Below are positions 62,882 through 64,000 of a stretch of DNA of 64,000 nucleotides, piece after piece. A program made the translations under genes and the position numbers. Where the stretch lies: the NCBI RefSeq assembly GCF_039654945.1, contig NW_027361727.1, forward strand, positions 3,906,001 to 3,970,000. The letters run 5' to 3'. The DNA comes from Dendrobates tinctorius (lineage: Eukaryota). Each line of letters opens with the position of its first letter. Position 1 is the stretch's first letter. The notes under the pieces were generated by a model, which worked only from the letters and a program-made list of their open reading frames with translations, had not been told where the DNA came from and did not search any database.

Positions 62882-63142
62882 CTACAGAAACGGGGGAACA
62901 GATCGAAGAGGGAAAAAAAAACATTATTAGTAAATTAATAAAAAGGGAACAAGTAAAGAAAAGGGCGATATGTGTAATTGCACTTAAAAACAGCAAAGAG
63001 TTAAACGGCCTATGTAAAAATACATAATTATTAAAGAATTTCTGCGACTTGCTGATATGCTTTATGTTGTAATTTTTCACCTATTTCAAGATTCCCGCTT
63101 GCTGTCAGAGAATGTGAACATTCCTATTTACTGGTCACTCAC

Positions 63143-63595
63143 CTCTCGGACATGGTGGTCTTCACACTGTTGGTTCTGACAAAGCCAGACATGGAGTCGT
63201 CCCGTGGAGAGGCTGTCATGGCGCTCGGTGAGTTGTTACTGCTGAGGGATATGTCAATGGACTCGCAGCTGGTGTGCAGGCTGCTGATCGACTGGTAGCC
63301 CAGACCGTCCTTACTGACCGCAGAGGAGCTGCTGGCGTTGGTGCCCCAGGTCAGGCTATTGGAAGGTGCCGAGTGAGCGGAGCCGGGGCTGGAGGCCAGA
63401 GGAGATGGGTTCAGATCCATATTTTTACCATACAGGGGGCTACTACCTCCGCTGCTCAGAATACCGCTCCCGGAAGGGGAGTCTGGGTGGGCCTGGGAAT
63501 TCATGGTGGCATGGGGGTTGGAAATAATCATGGAGTTTTTCATATTTTCTGAGGTTGTGGTGGGTCCTTGTTTGTTCGGCTTTCCGCCAAAAAGC
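63143..63595 (-). CDS. NAV2: NAV2 exon (RLFGGKPNKQ...VRTNSVKTTMSE)
   Basis: 453 nt, phase 2-2, tag acceptor, gtgagt donor; ORF 63139..63615. Confidence 0.93.
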
Positions 63596-64000
63596 CTAAA
63601 ACGGGAATGACACATTCATCGAGACGTTTTAGTGCCTTCTCATTTCTTGCTTTTTATGTGAAAACCGGTTTACAACACATTGCCGCTAATCAATGCAAAC
63701 ATTAATGCAAATATTGGCTCATTTTTCGCACTTGTGCCCTCTTAGGTCATAGGGAAGAAAGCAAAAAAAATCTATAAAGATGCATCCAATTAATGCCAAT
63801 ACACCTACTGGAAATGTGCACAGCAGCACAGAGTATTTTACAAGATCTTGTTGAAGGTCATCTATATGGTTAAATATTCTCTTTGCCACTATGCAACTCA
63901 AAGTTTGTTTGACTTTCTACAAGATCAATTTAAAAAAAAGATCAACTTAAAAAAAAAATTAAAAATAACTCCTGAAATACTCTGTGCCACTGTTTGGCTC

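Larger units (their letters stand above)
25320..63595 (-). other. NAV2: NAV2 (neuron navigator 2) gene, 3' portion: 25 coding exons plus 3'UTR; the gene continues beyond the right edge of the window
   Basis: Spliced translation matches my recollection of the vertebrate NAV2 C-terminus (IILSGPSGTGKTYLANRLSEY; YGRRAPWEDPAKWVMDTYPW; MNMLMRLQEAANFSSPQSYDSDSNSNSHHDDILDSSLESAL*). The exons sum to 3370 nt (1 nt plus 1123 codons) with consistent phases. Confidence 0.95.

Overview
Vertebrate genomic DNA. The repeat types point to an anuran, possibly a dendrobatid-like frog (inference). The right part (about 25.3-63.6 kb, minus strand) holds the last 25 coding exons and the 3'UTR of NAV2 (neuron navigator 2). 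I traced these exons by hand: all have GT-AG boundaries, the phases chain correctly, and they total 3370 nt, including a 9-nt microexon (VNE) and a 24-nt microexon. The left part holds a complete but defective env-less class I-like endogenous retrovirus (4474-17243; LTR pair, TTGG target-site duplication, tRNA-Lys PBS, PPT). Its RT region carries a spliced RPL7A mRNA fragment, which is in turn interrupted by a 4.1-kb element with about 610-bp inverted ends, a hammerhead-ribozyme-like (HHR-like) motif and a 15-bp TSD. A recurring theme is Penelope-type HHR-like motifs (...GAAAC-GC-GTH) at five separate loci: three divergent palindromic pairs, one 273-bp head-to-tail tandem array resembling a retrozyme, and one inside the NAV2 3'UTR. 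Also present are an intact DD34E Tc1 transposon, a decayed Tc1, nested piggyBac-like and Harbinger-like non-autonomous elements, a V-SINE, an L1-type 3' fragment and many minisatellites. There are no prokaryotic features. Coordinates were counted by eye; exon, LTR and TSD ends should be exact or within a few bases, and repeat ends are approximate.
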